Source: an uncultured Chlorobiaceae bacterium
GTDB lineage: Bacteria > Bacteroidota > Ignavibacteria > UBA10030 > SZUA-254
Assembly (NCBI GenBank): GCA_964523395.1
Contig: CAZFXS010000004.1
Location: 141,581-205,580, forward strand
Reading direction: 5' to 3'
Length of the DNA: 64,000 bases
In this document: in pieces, positions 29,215 to 39,900 of the stretch
Layout: each line of letters begins with the position of its first letter
Numbering within the stretch: position 1 is the first letter of the stretch
The notes under the pieces: model-generated
Databases searched by the model: none
Told to the model about the DNA's origin: nothing
The model's input: only the letters and a program-made list of their open reading frames with translations
Program-made: the position numbers and the translations under genes

Positions 29215-29598
29215 ATGGGTCAACAGCAAATATTGATGATTGTGTTGGGAGTGATAATTGTGGGGATAGCGATTGCTGTCGGTATTGCTCAGTTTGGTTC
29301 AGATAGTATCTCCTCCGCGAAAGACGGACTTATTAACGACCTGAACAATCTTTCAATCAACGCGTTTCAGTATAAATCTCTTCCGCGTTCTATGGGAGGG
29401 GGAAGCGGATCGTACGTGGGGTACAGAATTCCGACAAAGCTTCAGTCTAATGAAGATGGGACTTTTTCCGTAAGCACATCAACCTCATCCCGTGTAACAT
29501 TTGTTGCAACCTCGGCAATTGGATACGGGACAATTACAGTAATATGTGACAGCCTGGGGCAACTCGGAGCTTTTACATACGCGGGCCAGTTTCAATAA
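29215..29598 (+). CDS. Pilin-like small protein (possible class III signal peptide)
   Basis: MG|QQQILMIVLGVIIVGIAIAVG: Gly-Gln, then a long hydrophobic helix; GGAG upstream. Confidence 0.55.
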   Translation: MGQQQILMIVLGVIIVGIAIAVGIAQFGSDSISSAKDGLINDLNNLSINAFQYKSLPRSMGGGSGSYVGYRIPTKLQSNEDGTFSVSTSTSSRVTFVATSAIGYGTITVICDSLGQLGAFTYAGQFQ

Positions 29599-29619
29599 CA
29601 ATAGTTTCTCTCTTACCCT

Positions 29620-29704
29620 GTAACATCCGGACTATCCGCCATCTCTCTGGCGGATTCGCAACCGAATTATAGCAATATATGTCCATTGAAGAAATGGACA
29701 CTAC
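29620..29704. repeat. REPIN whose left REP is split by a 24-nt hairpin insertion
   Basis: GTAACATCCG | GACTATCCGCCATCTCTCTGGCGG | ATTCGCAACCGAAT, 13-nt spacer, (-)GTAGTGTCCATTTCTTCAATGGAC. Confidence 0.75.
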
Positions 29705-29714
29705 CGCTTTCCTG

Positions 29715-30980
29715 CTATACATTATTCTCCTTCTTTACAAGGAAGAAATTATAAGCGATCATTAACAACGTTGATCCAAACCCTATTCCGGCAAGAATAT
29801 ACCACATCATCGTCGGGTTAAAGGAAGATTTAATATACGTTTCCACCAACCAGCCGGCCAGCGGACCCGCAACAAACGAACCGATCGCAACCGGCAAAAA
29901 AGCAAATCCCATGAACGTCCCTACCTGGTCTTTTGGAGCAAGCGCGCTTACATACTCATAAAAACGAGGCGCTTGTGTTGCCTCTCCGATCGCGAACAAC
30001 ATCATCGCAATAATCGCACCGGTCACCGAACCCGTAACAGCAATAATCAACCACGAACAACTAGCGATGAGGAAGCCCAGGGTCATTGCAGTAATCGGTT
30101 TCCATTTTTTTACCATTGCAGTAATTGGAACACCCACAAGAATAATTGTCCATGCATCCACTGTCTCCAGTATTTCGAATTGTTCAAAATGCAGCACATC
30201 GGTGACATAAAACGGGAATGAGTAAAAAATCTGCCAGAACATGATCCAGAAACCGGAAAAGATTACCAGAAATGCTATAAAACGCCCGTTTGCGAATACC
30301 ATAAACATGTCAATGATAACCTGTCCCATTGTTTTTCCGCTTGCCTGTTCATTTGATTCTACAGGCTCTTTGAAAAATAATAATGTTCCGATAAACAACA
30401 GCAATGATGTCAGGGACGACATAACCAAAACAAATTCAATTCCCAGCCCTTCGCGCACCTGCAGAGCGAGTATCGGGCCAATCGCTCCGCCGATATTGAC
30501 AAGTGTATAGTAAATTGAGAATCCCAACGACCGTGACTCAGGTTTCGATGTTCTCGCAACCGTCCCTACAATACATGGCTTAATAAGTGATCCTCCGACA
30601 GCAGTAAGAAACAGCACCGCAATGATGTAGGGAGTTTTGCCAATTGCGCCGACGATTTCCTGACCAAACTCCATTCCCGCCAAACCTATTAAAAAATATC
30701 CAACAGTGAAGAACGCAAAGCACGCCGAGAGGGTCCGCTTAAAACCGTAGCGGTCGACGAAGGTTCCAGCAAGAATTGGAAGTGAATACAACACTCCGGA
30801 AAAAAGGCCGGCGAGTGACCCCGCAACCTGAGGACCCAATCCCACTTTTGTGGCGAGATACACGGTCAGTACCGCCTTCGCCCCGTAAAAGGCAAACCGT
30901 TCAAAAAGTTCAAGCGTATTGGCTATCCAAAACGTTTTGTGAAAGCCGGTACGGACATTCTGTATCCAGGAGTTGCTCAT
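29715..30980 (-). CDS. POT/PTR-type MFS peptide transporter
   Basis: ELFERFAFYG (ExxERFxYY-like), GSLIKP, FSIYYTLVNIG; about 12 TMs. Confidence 0.85.
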   Translation of the reverse strand: MSNSWIQNVRTGFHKTFWIANTLELFERFAFYGAKAVLTVYLATKVGLGPQVAGSLAGLFSGVLYSLPILAGTFVDRYGFKRTLSACFAFFTVGYFLIGLAGMEFGQEIVGAIGKTPYIIAVLFLTAVGGSLIKPCIVGTVARTSKPESRSLGFSIYYTLVNIGGAIGPILALQVREGLGIEFVLVMSSLTSLLLFIGTLLFFKEPVESNEQASGKTMGQVIIDMFMVFANGRFIAFLVIFSGFWIMFWQIFYSFPFYVTDVLHFEQFEILETVDAWTIILVGVPITAMVKKWKPITAMTLGFLIASCSWLIIAVTGSVTGAIIAMMLFAIGEATQAPRFYEYVSALAPKDQVGTFMGFAFLPVAIGSFVAGPLAGWLVETYIKSSFNPTMMWYILAGIGFGSTLLMIAYNFFLVKKENNV

Positions 30981-31109
30981 GAATTCCTCTATACTATTGA
31001 TAGATTATCCAAATTTATAATCCATGAAAGTAGCGAAACGGTTTCATAGAAGCAACAGATTGCCCGTGAAAGTGCTGCCTAAATGTTTGGCCTGTTGAGG
31101 TTTCCTCAA

Positions 31110-31138
31110 TTGTTCATCTCCGTTTTTTTCAGTATCTT
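31110..31138 (+). promoter_or_regulatory. Putative sigma70 promoter of pckG
   Basis: TTGTTC-N17-TATCTT. Confidence 0.5.
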
Positions 31139-31183
31139 GATTCACTTTTTATCAAAAATCAACTTTATTTTTAAAGGAATAGC

Positions 31184-33022
31184 ATGGATTCATTTCCGGA
31201 ATATGTAAAAAACGCAAAATTAGTTAGATGGGTTGGAGATATGGCAAGATTATGCCAGCCGAAAAATATTCACTGGTGCGAAGGAACTAATCAGGAATAT
31301 CAGTCGCTGTGCGATCAGCTTGTGGCATCGGGAACGTTTATAAAACTGAACGAACAGAAACGCCCGAACAGTTTTTTGGCAAGATCAGACGCAGGTGACG
31401 TTGCCCGTGTTGAAGACCGGACATTCATTTGCAGTATGAGAAAAGAAGACGCCGGCCCGACCAATAACTGGGTACACCCAAAGGAAATGAAAGCCACGCT
31501 GTCAACACTATTCGAAGGCTGTATGCAGGGAAGAACAATGTATGTTATCCCGTTCAGCATGGGTCCGCTTGGATCAGAGATAGCTCACATTGGCGTTCAG
31601 GTAACCGATTCACCCTATGTTGTTGTAAGCATGAAGATTATGACGCGCATGGGAAGAAAAGTATTGGACGTCCTCGGCAATAATGAATTTGTCCCGTGCC
31701 TGCACTCTGTCGGCATGCCGTTGCAGCCCGGACAGAAGGATGTTCCGTGGCCATGTAACAAAGACAAAAAGTATATTGTCCATTTCCCCGAAGAACGTTC
31801 AATCTGGTCATTCGGCAGCGGGTATGGAGGAAACGCGTTGTTGGGGAAAAAATGTTTCGCGCTCCGCATCGCGTCAGCGATGGCACGCGATGAAGGCTGG
31901 CTTGCCGAGCACATGCTCATTCTCGGCGCCGAATCCCCCGAAGGAGAAAAAACATACATCGCAGCAGCTTTTCCCAGCGCGTGCGGTAAAACAAATTTTG
32001 CCATGCTCATTCCGCCAAAATCTTTTAAGGGTTGGAAAATTACCACTGTTGGTGATGACATCGCATGGGTGAAGCCGGGTGCAGACGGAAAATTGTACGC
32101 GATTAACCCGGAAGCCGGTTACTTTGGGGTGGCGCCGGGGACTTCTGTCAAGACAAACCCGAACGCGATGGAATGCATTCGCGCAAATACCATTTACACA
32201 AATGTTGCTCTTACGCCAGACGGGGATGTATGGTGGGAAGGAATGACAGACGCGCCACCGGCAAAACTTATTGACTGGCGCGGCGAAGAATGGACCCCGG
32301 CATCCGGCAAACCTGCGGCGCATCCAAACGCCCGTTTCACCGCCCCCGCGCATCAAAATCCCATCATCGATCCCGCGTGGGAAGATCCTAAAGGTGTTCC
32401 TATCAGCGCTCTGATTTTCGGGGGAAGAAGAAGCACTGTCGTTCCGCTCGTATATCAATCCGCAAACTGGAACTTCGGCGTATACATGGCTGCCACAATG
32501 GGGTCGGAAACAACAGCGGCCGCTGCGGGCGAAGTGGGAAAAGTCCGCCGCGATCCGATGGCAATGATTCCGTTCTGCGGCTATCATATGGCGGATTATT
32601 TCAATCACTGGCTCGAATTCGGCCGGCATTTACCCAATCCGCCTCGCATTTTTGCCGTGAACTGGTTCCGCAAAGATGAAAACGGAAAATTCCTTTGGCC
32701 CGGTTATGGTGAGAACATGCGTGTGTTAAAGTGGATTGTTGACCGTGCGAAAGGGCATGGCCACGCCATTGAAAGCCCGCTCGGATGGATGCCGCAATAC
32801 GAGGATATTTCATGGGAAGGACTGGAAGAATTTACGCCCGAAAAATTCAAGATGCTCATGTCGGTGAAAAGCGAAGATTGGAAAAACGAGCTCCTTTCAC
32901 AGCAGGAATTTTTCTCAAAGCTCTATGATAAACTCCCGAAAGAATTTATCTTTATGCGCGAACTTATCCTTTCGAGCCTCTGGCGATCACCTGAACATTG
33001 GGAGCTCGCGCAAGAAAGATAA
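31184..33022 (+). CDS. pckG: Phosphoenolpyruvate carboxykinase (GTP)
   Basis: [56 protein letters not shown]. Confidence 0.97.
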   Translation: MDSFPEYVKNAKLVRWVGDMARLCQPKNIHWCEGTNQEYQSLCDQLVASGTFIKLNEQKRPNSFLARSDAGDVARVEDRTFICSMRKEDAGPTNNWVHPKEMKATLSTLFEGCMQGRTMYVIPFSMGPLGSEIAHIGVQVTDSPYVVVSMKIMTRMGRKVLDVLGNNEFVPCLHSVGMPLQPGQKDVPWPCNKDKKYIVHFPEERSIWSFGSGYGGNALLGKKCFALRIASAMARDEGWLAEHMLILGAESPEGEKTYIAAAFPSACGKTNFAMLIPPKSFKGWKITTVGDDIAWVKPGADGKLYAINPEAGYFGVAPGTSVKTNPNAMECIRANTIYTNVALTPDGDVWWEGMTDAPPAKLIDWRGEEWTPASGKPAAHPNARFTAPAHQNPIIDPAWEDPKGVPISALIFGGRRSTVVPLVYQSANWNFGVYMAATMGSETTAAAAGEVGKVRRDPMAMIPFCGYHMADYFNHWLEFGRHLPNPPRIFAVNWFRKDENGKFLWPGYGENMRVLKWIVDRAKGHGHAIESPLGWMPQYEDISWEGLEEFTPEKFKMLMSVKSEDWKNELLSQQEFFSKLYDKLPKEFIFMRELILSSLWRSPEHWELAQER

Positions 33023-33036
33023 CAAGGTGAATAATC

Positions 33037-33083
33037 TTTAGAATTTTTTACTTTTTAATTTTGAATTTTTACTTGCTTTTATC
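33037..33083. repeat. Heptamer array directly before a start codon
   Basis: TTTTTAATTTTGAATTTTTACTT (33052-33074) is identical to 21452-21474. Confidence 0.75.
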
Positions 33084-34118
33084 ATGAAGGCTGTCCGTTT
33101 CCATACATTCGGTGATGCATCGGTACTTCGGTATGAAGAAGCACCGACGCCGGCTATTGGCCCGAATGATGTGTTACTGCAAATGAAAGCCGCCGCGCTG
33201 AATCATCTGGATATTTGGGTACGGAGCGGTGCGCGCGAACGCAATATCCCGCTGCCGCACATTCCCGGATCGGATGGAGCCGGCATTATCGCAGAAACCG
33301 GAAGCGCAGTTGACTGGCTGAAGCAGGGAGACCGCGTGCTGATATCGTCGGGACTTTCATGCGGTCATTGCGACAAATGTTTAAGCGGACGTGATAATAT
33401 CTGCCGTGATTACCGCGTGCTCGGGGTCAGAGAAGACGGAACCTACGCAGAATTTGTCAAACTCCCTGCCGTCAATGTATTGCCTATTCCGGAAGGAATG
33501 GACTTCCCCGAAGCCGCAGCTGCACCGCTTGTTTTTCTTACCGCATGGCACATGCTTGTTACACTCGCTAAAATCCAACCCGGTGAAACTGTGCTCGTAC
33601 ATGGCGCCGGAAGCGGTGTTGGTTCTGCTGCTATTCAAATTGCAAAACTATTCGGCTCCCATGTTATCACAACAGCAGGCGCAAACGATAAGCTTCAGAA
33701 AGCAAAATCACTCGGTGCGGATGAACTGATTAATTACCGCGAAAAAGATTTTACCGAAGAAGTAAAACGTCTTACCGATAAAAAAGGCGTTGATGTTGTT
33801 TTTGAACATATCGGCGGGGAAGTACTGGAAAAAAGCATTACTGTTCTGACAAAAGGCGGACGACTTGTCACCTGCGGAGCCACCACTGAATTTGTCGCGA
33901 AGATGGATATACGCTATATTTACTCCCGCCATCAGACTATTTACGGTTCATGGATGGGAGGAAAGCAAGAGTTAGTCGAAGTGATGAAGTTTTTCAAAGG
34001 ACCGAATCCAAAATTTCACGCCGTCATCGACAAAACATTTCCATTAGCTCAGGCTGCAGAAGCTCATAGAAGAATTGAAGAGCGGAAAAATTTCGGAAAA
34101 GTTGTTCTCACGATCTAA
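33084..34118 (+). CDS. Zinc-binding MDR alcohol dehydrogenase / quinone oxidoreductase
   Basis: ALNHLD, PHIPGSDGAG, CGHCDKC...C structural Zn site, VHGAGSGVG, FGKVVL. Confidence 0.9.
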   Translation: MKAVRFHTFGDASVLRYEEAPTPAIGPNDVLLQMKAAALNHLDIWVRSGARERNIPLPHIPGSDGAGIIAETGSAVDWLKQGDRVLISSGLSCGHCDKCLSGRDNICRDYRVLGVREDGTYAEFVKLPAVNVLPIPEGMDFPEAAAAPLVFLTAWHMLVTLAKIQPGETVLVHGAGSGVGSAAIQIAKLFGSHVITTAGANDKLQKAKSLGADELINYREKDFTEEVKRLTDKKGVDVVFEHIGGEVLEKSITVLTKGGRLVTCGATTEFVAKMDIRYIYSRHQTIYGSWMGGKQELVEVMKFFKGPNPKFHAVIDKTFPLAQAAEAHRRIEERKNFGKVVLTI

Positions 34119-34156
34119 CGTGTTCTCGTACAAAGAGGATAGCACTGCAAATTAAC

Positions 34157-35104
34157 ATGGTTACTTTCTCAGATATTGAATCCGCCTACAATACCGTAAA
34201 GCCAATCGTTCACAAAACCCCGCTTCTTTCCTCACGGACGTTTAATCAACTCAACGGCAACGAAGTATATTTTAAAGCAGAAAATTTCCAGCGCATCGGC
34301 GCGTTCAAAATCCGCGGCGCGTACAATAAAATTGCCTCACTGACAGATGAAGAACGAAAACGGGGAATTATCGCGCATTCATCAGGCAATCATGCACAAG
34401 GCGTGGCACTCGCCTGCAAACTATTCGGCGCGAAGGCTACTATTGTTATGCCGCACAATTCCGTCACTGCAAAAGTTGAAGCCACCAAAGGGTATGGCGC
34501 CGAAATAGTTTTTTGTGAAGATTCCACCGACGACCGTGAGCGGGTCACGAAAATCCTCATCAACAAACATAATTATGTTCTTATCCATCCTTACGAAGAC
34601 GAAGTACTGATCGCCGGACAGGGAACTGTAGCCCTGGAAATATTTCAGGATATGAAAGAACTTGATTATCTGTTCGTACCGGTCGGCGGAGGCGGGCTGA
34701 TTTCCGGCTGTGCTATAGCTTCAAAGAACCTTTTTCCTGGAATTCGTGTAATCGGCGTCGAAACAGAAGGGGCTAACGACTGCTATCAATCCTTCCGCGC
34801 TAACCGCATCGTCAAAATTGAATCTGCGAAAACCATTGCCGACGGCATACGCACACTCTCGGTCGGAACTCTCAATTTTGAGATAATGAAAAAGTATGTT
34901 GACGATATTGTTATTATAAAAGACGATGCGATTGGTCCCATGATGAAATTTTTTTACGAAAGAATGAAAATTGTTGTCGAACCTACGGGCGCCGTCGCTT
35001 CTGCCGCAATTTTCGACAATGGTTTAGGCCTTTCCGGAAAGAAAATTTGTGCCGTCGTCAGCGGAGGTAATGTCGATGCAGAAGCATTCAAAAAACTTAT
35101 TTAA
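34157..35104 (+). CDS. PLP-dependent threonine/serine dehydratase family protein
   Basis: KAENFQRIGAFKIRG, SSGNHAQG, PVGGGGLISG, VVEPTGA, SGGNVD. Confidence 0.92.
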   Translation: MVTFSDIESAYNTVKPIVHKTPLLSSRTFNQLNGNEVYFKAENFQRIGAFKIRGAYNKIASLTDEERKRGIIAHSSGNHAQGVALACKLFGAKATIVMPHNSVTAKVEATKGYGAEIVFCEDSTDDRERVTKILINKHNYVLIHPYEDEVLIAGQGTVALEIFQDMKELDYLFVPVGGGGLISGCAIASKNLFPGIRVIGVETEGANDCYQSFRANRIVKIESAKTIADGIRTLSVGTLNFEIMKKYVDDIVIIKDDAIGPMMKFFYERMKIVVEPTGAVASAAIFDNGLGLSGKKICAVVSGGNVDAEAFKKLI

Positions 35105-35123
35105 GCCCCCGGCGGTTTTCCTC

Positions 35124-35152
35124 TTGACAAAGCAATTCAATTCTTGTATCTT
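35124..35152 (+). promoter_or_regulatory. Sigma70 promoter
   Basis: TTGACA-N17-TATCTT. Confidence 0.7.
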
Positions 35153-35200
35153 TACGCAATTCTAAACCCACTATCCACCATTTTTCTAAGAGGAGTTAGT

Positions 35201-35875
35201 ATGAAGAAGCACGTTTCATTTTTGTTTATCATTCTTGCAGTGCTGGCACTGGTGGCCGGATGTAAGAAAGATGAAAACCCGGTAAATCCCGGAGGCGGCG
35301 GAACCACCTCAACGACATATACCGGCGTATTTTCCAATCCTGCGGAGACAGGAAGGTTGACACTTGAGGTTCCCACGGCTAAAGTTTTAGCCGGCGATAC
35401 CACTCTTATTTCCGGGAAAATATTTCTGGCAACAGGAGATACCGTTCTTCTCTCAGGATTCTTTGTTCATTCCACCGGTCAGATTCATGTTGCCGGCGGC
35501 GGCTACGTTTTTGACGGCACATATGCGGCCGGCCAGATCACGGGCAGCTACACAGGTCCAAATGGAAACGGCGGTTTCACCGTGCGTGAAGCAACCGGAG
35601 AAAATACAATCAAAGTGTATTGCGGCCACTACCAGCAAAACTCTCCGGGAACAAACAGCGGAAGTTTCACTATGATTGTCGACGGAACCTCGGTAACAAT
35701 TATGGTCGACGGAGATGATCCGCTCTACGGTACAGTCGATGGCTCCACCGTGAATATTTATTTCCCTGGAACTACAGTGGTTCTCGCTACTGGCACAATT
35801 AGCACAGAAGGTGCCTCCGGACAATATAATACGGGCGACGAACAGGGTACCTGGTCAGCAACACCCTGCCAGTAA
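35201..35875 (+). CDS. Hypothetical lipoprotein, Gly/Thr-rich beta protein
   Basis: AGGAG SD; MKK...LALVAGC lipobox. Confidence 0.8.
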   Translation: MKKHVSFLFIILAVLALVAGCKKDENPVNPGGGGTTSTTYTGVFSNPAETGRLTLEVPTAKVLAGDTTLISGKIFLATGDTVLLSGFFVHSTGQIHVAGGGYVFDGTYAAGQITGSYTGPNGNGGFTVREATGENTIKVYCGHYQQNSPGTNSGSFTMIVDGTSVTIMVDGDDPLYGTVDGSTVNIYFPGTTVVLATGTISTEGASGQYNTGDEQGTWSATPCQ

Positions 35876-35909
35876 TACCATACTGACCGGTTGTTGATTT
35901 AATTTCTGC

Positions 35910-35946
35910 AATCCCGCTTCCGGATAACGGAAGCGGGATTTTTTTT
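35910..35946 (+). terminator. Rho-independent terminator
   Basis: AATCCCGCTTCCG-GATAA-CGGAAGCGGGATT followed by a T run. Confidence 0.92.
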
Positions 35947-35954
35947 ACCTTTTC

Positions 35955-35983
35955 TTGAGATTCACTAAACGCTTCAGTATATT
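35955..35983 (+). promoter_or_regulatory. Sigma70 promoter
   Basis: TTGAGA-N17-TATATT upstream of 36031. Confidence 0.6.
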
Positions 35984-36030
35984 TCGCAAGACATTTCAAG
36001 CCGCATTCAATCACTATCACCGGAGGTTGT

Positions 36031-36327
36031 ATGTTTGTCATTAGAGATATTATGTACTGCAAGCCGGGACAAGTCCGCGCAATGGTTGAGAAGTTCAAGG
36101 AGCTCAACAAAGTGTTGAAAAAATTCGGATACCCGCCCGGGAGAATCCTTACCGACGTCTGTGCTGAACGGTACTGGACGGTTGTCTCGGAGATGGAGGT
36201 TAAGAACCTCGAAGAGTACACCGAGATGTCGAGAAAAACCATGAAGGACAAAAAACTCCAGCAAGCCATGAAAAACTATCACGACCTTGTAGACCACGGA
36301 CGTCGTGAGATTTATATGGTGGAATGA
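36031..36327 (+). CDS. NIPSNAP-like / dimeric alpha-beta barrel small protein
   Basis: GGAGG SD; F.IRD..YCKPG...RILTD....YWTVV.E pattern; fold assignment is inference. Confidence 0.65.
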   Translation: MFVIRDIMYCKPGQVRAMVEKFKELNKVLKKFGYPPGRILTDVCAERYWTVVSEMEVKNLEEYTEMSRKTMKDKKLQQAMKNYHDLVDHGRREIYMVE

Positions 36328-36376
36328 TCCTGCCATAATCAAGATCCGGCATTCTTATTATTTCCCCTTAACGAAG

Positions 36377-39300
36377 ATGGTGACAACACGTATTGATAAC
36401 AAACGGAACGCCATCTTCATTTTTTTTCTTCTCTGTCTGCTAGGATTCAACACCGGATCTCCGGCTCAACAGGCAAATCCTGCGTTAACGTTTTACACCG
36501 CAACTTCATTTTCACAAGGTGAATTCGGGTTCGGCCTTTCTGTCGTATCGGATTCTTCAATCTGGTATACTACAAATACCGGTGTGTTTCATTTTGACGG
36601 CCGCCGTTCGATGAAACATCTCGACGCATCCCGGTTTCATACATCGCAAATAGAAGTCCTTCTAATCGATGCCGTCTCCGATAACAACGTCTGGGTTCTC
36701 GGGCACGATTCGAAAACGTGGAAAAAAACAATGTTCCACTTCGATGGAAACACATGGAAGTCAGTTTCGTTTCCCCAGGTATTCACCGATCCGAATGATG
36801 ACCTCGTCGTCTTCAGACTGCGGATGTATTCATACAATAATCGTACACTCGGTTACGCCGCGGGACAGGATGGCCTTGTCTATATGTATGACGGAACCAC
36901 ATGGAAGATTATCCCGAGGTTTACCAACGAAACACTCCGCGGACTGCGGATCTATGCGCCAAACAATGTGTGGGTGGGCGGAAAAAACGGAGCAATATTT
37001 CATTACGACGGTCAGCGCTGGATTCCCGCCCAGTTTTCTGACGCCTCAAACAACATTTACTATTTTGATCTGGCATTTCCGTCACAAACAGACGGGTGGG
37101 CAGTTGGAAAAGGAGGCATAGCACATTTCAACGGACAAAGCTGGCGGACCGTTTCTACCCCCACTACATCTACAATTACCACAATCACCATGATTGCGGG
37201 GGATAACGGATGGGCGGTGACAGACAATGGTACGGTTCTCCATTATGATGGAATGCATTGGAACATCTTCAAACAAATGTCCCGGGATGCCGGCCTTACT
37301 TCTCTGCAGGCATTGGAACAACACGAAAAGTTTACTTTATATTTTCTTAATACGGAAGGGGTGGTCGTTTCGTATTGGGGAATTGTTCCTTCGTTTACCG
37401 ATGCGTCGGCATCTTCAAATATTCATCTGTATGGCGGAGACGCATTACTTGCTGATTTCGACAACAATCAAACTGAAGATTTGATAACATCGGCTTTCAC
37501 TTCCTTCCCCGACAGAATATACTCAAATCGTGGCGACGGTTTTTTTACTGAAATGACAAACCAATTACACACTACAAATACTCCTCTTGCAACCGCAACC
37601 CGGCTTGCAGACCTGGATAACAATGGATTTGTCGATGTGTACCAGACACAATCCCCGGCGCGCGACGTTTGGTACAGAAATTTCGGGTCGTGGAAATTTG
37701 AGCCTGTGACATCACCTGTTGCATTCCCCACCCTCGATGGCCGCTGTGTCTCAAAATTCGCCGACATGGACTGCGATGGCGACTTGGATTTAGTCTATAT
37801 GCAGAGCCAGGCATCGGAAGTTCAATGGCCATTTGCAATTTTTACAAACGACGGGATTGGAAATTTTTCACCCCCGAGAACTATTGGCCGGCCAATAGCT
37901 GCCGGGGGAATCACATACTCATTTTTTATTGCCAACCTTAATGACGACAACATCCCTGATCTCTTTAAATTCAATCTCGGCGATAAATGTGAATTATATT
38001 TTTATAACAGCGGTGAGGTGCGCGATACGGCAACCTGGGCTGGAGCTGACGGCACATTCTTCGCTGCATCTCCAAACATTACCTGGGCCGCCCCAATCGA
38101 TATCAATAATGATGGTTCAATGGATATTTGTATGGTCTCCAGAACAGGCCAGGCCGCGTTCTTCCTGAATAATGGGAAGGGAAAATTTACTCCCGCAAAT
38201 TCTCTTGCCTTCGATCCCCGTGGAGAAAATCCCATGGGAAATTTTACCGATATCGATTGCGACGGTGACATGGATTTATTTCTTGTCGATCGCTTTTATA
38301 AAAACGACAACGAAGCGTTCTCTGAGTACAGGGAAGTTTCGTTTCGCCAAACTTCTTTTCCAACGTTCAGCGACTTTGATGGCGACGGCGATCCTGATAT
38401 TATCACTTCGGCATATCGCGACAATGGCAGGTTGTATGTCCTGAAAAATGAGCTCAACCCCTCCGGCGCAGTCCGCATTTCCGTGAACGGCATCAGAAGC
38501 AATTCTTTTGGAGTTGGCGCCCGAGTCAATCTCTGGAAATATCATGATGCCGGCAAGGAACTTGTTGATGTCCGCGAAGTTATTTCGCCCGGCCCGCTCT
38601 ATTTCTACGTTGATTCCACCAACCGGTATGATCTTGATGTAAAGTTCCCAAGCGGAATCGAAGTTCATTCGGCTTCGATTCAACCCGGGACGCATGAAAT
38701 ATCAGAATTCTCTTTTCCGATGAATTACGTGTGGGATTTTTATTACTCGCTTCAGCGATCATGGAAATACACAAACGGAATACTGGAGCTCGTAAAACTC
38801 GGAATTTTTGGCGGGATGTTTATTGTCGCTTTTCGGGTTTCCAAAAAATTCAAAGCCGACCGGTACGTGCGCCATCCGTTATTTATTGCCGCCATGTTGC
38901 TTTTGTATATCCTCATCATCCATGCGACGGTTCGGAACGGAACGGTCATGGCAACAATTCTTCCGCTGGGAGCTGTACTTCTTATCAATGCCGGATGGGT
39001 TGCAACAACGCGCAACATCGTGCTTCGGCGGGAAGCAAATTATGTTTCTCATTTCAGATTGCTGGAACTCCTCGGCGAAGGAGGAATGGGAAAAGTATAT
39101 AAAGCCGCTGACAGCATCACAAAGAATATCGTAGCGGTAAAAGTTCTCAATCCGGCAATTATGAAAGATGTCGAAAACCGGAAACGGCTGAGAAACGAAG
39201 GCAATATTCTTTCGTCGTTTTCTCATCCGAACATTGTGAAAGTATTTGAGGTCGGAGAAACAGAAACACAAAGTTTTATCGCGATGGAATATCTGCCGGG

Positions 39301-39841
39301 CGGCACACTCCGGCAGCATCTCGAGAAAACGTATCCACTCCCCACACAAGAACTTGGCAGGATATTTTTACAGATATGCGACGGCGTGTCAGAAATTCAT
39401 TCGCGCGATATCGTCCATCGCGACCTGAAAACCGGCAACATTATGCTCGACGACAATACTAACATCCGCATTATGGATTTTGGATTGTCAAAGTCGCCGC
39501 TGGTAACAACCATGACCACACTTGGCACTGTCATCGGAACACTCGGCTATGTTTCACCGGAGCAAGTGACAAGTATGAATGTGGACCGCCGTGCCGATAT
39601 TTTTTCGCTCGGCGTGGTATTGTATGAATTACTCACAAACCAGCTTCCGTTCAAAGGTGAAAATGAAATTGCCGTTATCCACTCCATCTTCAATACGATT
39701 CCTCCTGCTCCTTCCACACTTACCACCGGTATTCCTTCCTCACTCGACGGAATTATCTCAACGTGTCTTCAAAAAAATCCCGACGACCGCTATCAGTCTG
39801 TCGCAGAACTCCGCGTTGCTCTTGAAAAGGAATTTTGCTAA
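36377..39841 (+). CDS. Receptor-like Ser/Thr kinase: signal peptide, (H/M)(Y/F)(D/N)G repeats, seven FG-GAP-like repeats, ASPIC/UnbV-like domain, three TMs, kinase
   Basis: Six H(F/Y)DG..W-type repeats; DFDNNQ, DLDNNG, DMDCDG, NLNDDN, DINNDG, DIDCDG, DFDGDG; GIRSNSFGVGARV; LGEGGMG, VAVK, HRDLKTGN, DFG, SPEQ. Confidence 0.88.
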   Translation: MVTTRIDNKRNAIFIFFLLCLLGFNTGSPAQQANPALTFYTATSFSQGEFGFGLSVVSDSSIWYTTNTGVFHFDGRRSMKHLDASRFHTSQIEVLLIDAVSDNNVWVLGHDSKTWKKTMFHFDGNTWKSVSFPQVFTDPNDDLVVFRLRMYSYNNRTLGYAAGQDGLVYMYDGTTWKIIPRFTNETLRGLRIYAPNNVWVGGKNGAIFHYDGQRWIPAQFSDASNNIYYFDLAFPSQTDGWAVGKGGIAHFNGQSWRTVSTPTTSTITTITMIAGDNGWAVTDNGTVLHYDGMHWNIFKQMSRDAGLTSLQALEQHEKFTLYFLNTEGVVVSYWGIVPSFTDASASSNIHLYGGDALLADFDNNQTEDLITSAFTSFPDRIYSNRGDGFFTEMTNQLHTTNTPLATATRLADLDNNGFVDVYQTQSPARDVWYRNFGSWKFEPVTSPVAFPTLDGRCVSKFADMDCDGDLDLVYMQSQASEVQWPFAIFTNDGIGNFSPPRTIGRPIAAGGITYSFFIANLNDDNIPDLFKFNLGDKCELYFYNSGEVRDTATWAGADGTFFAASPNITWAAPIDINNDGSMDICMVSRTGQAAFFLNNGKGKFTPANSLAFDPRGENPMGNFTDIDCDGDMDLFLVDRFYKNDNEAFSEYREVSFRQTSFPTFSDFDGDGDPDIITSAYRDNGRLYVLKNELNPSGAVRISVNGIRSNSFGVGARVNLWKYHDAGKELVDVREVISPGPLYFYVDSTNRYDLDVKFPSGIEVHSASIQPGTHEISEFSFPMNYVWDFYYSLQRSWKYTNGILELVKLGIFGGMFIVAFRVSKKFKADRYVRHPLFIAAMLLLYILIIHATVRNGTVMATILPLGAVLLINAGWVATTRNIVLRREANYVSHFRLLELLGEGGMGKVYKAADSITKNIVAVKVLNPAIMKDVENRKRLRNEGNILSSFSHPNIVKVFEVGETETQSFIAMEYLPGGTLRQHLEKTYPLPTQELGRIFLQICDGVSEIHSRDIVHRDLKTGNIMLDDNTNIRIMDFGLSKSPLVTTMTTLGTVIGTLGYVSPEQVTSMNVDRRADIFSLGVVLYELLTNQLPFKGENEIAVIHSIFNTIPPAPSTLTTGIPSSLDGIISTCLQKNPDDRYQSVAELRVALEKEFC

Positions 39842-39900
39842 CATTGCCTACCGTATTCCCTGAATTCGGGATATTTACTAATAGTAACTACGACATTTTC

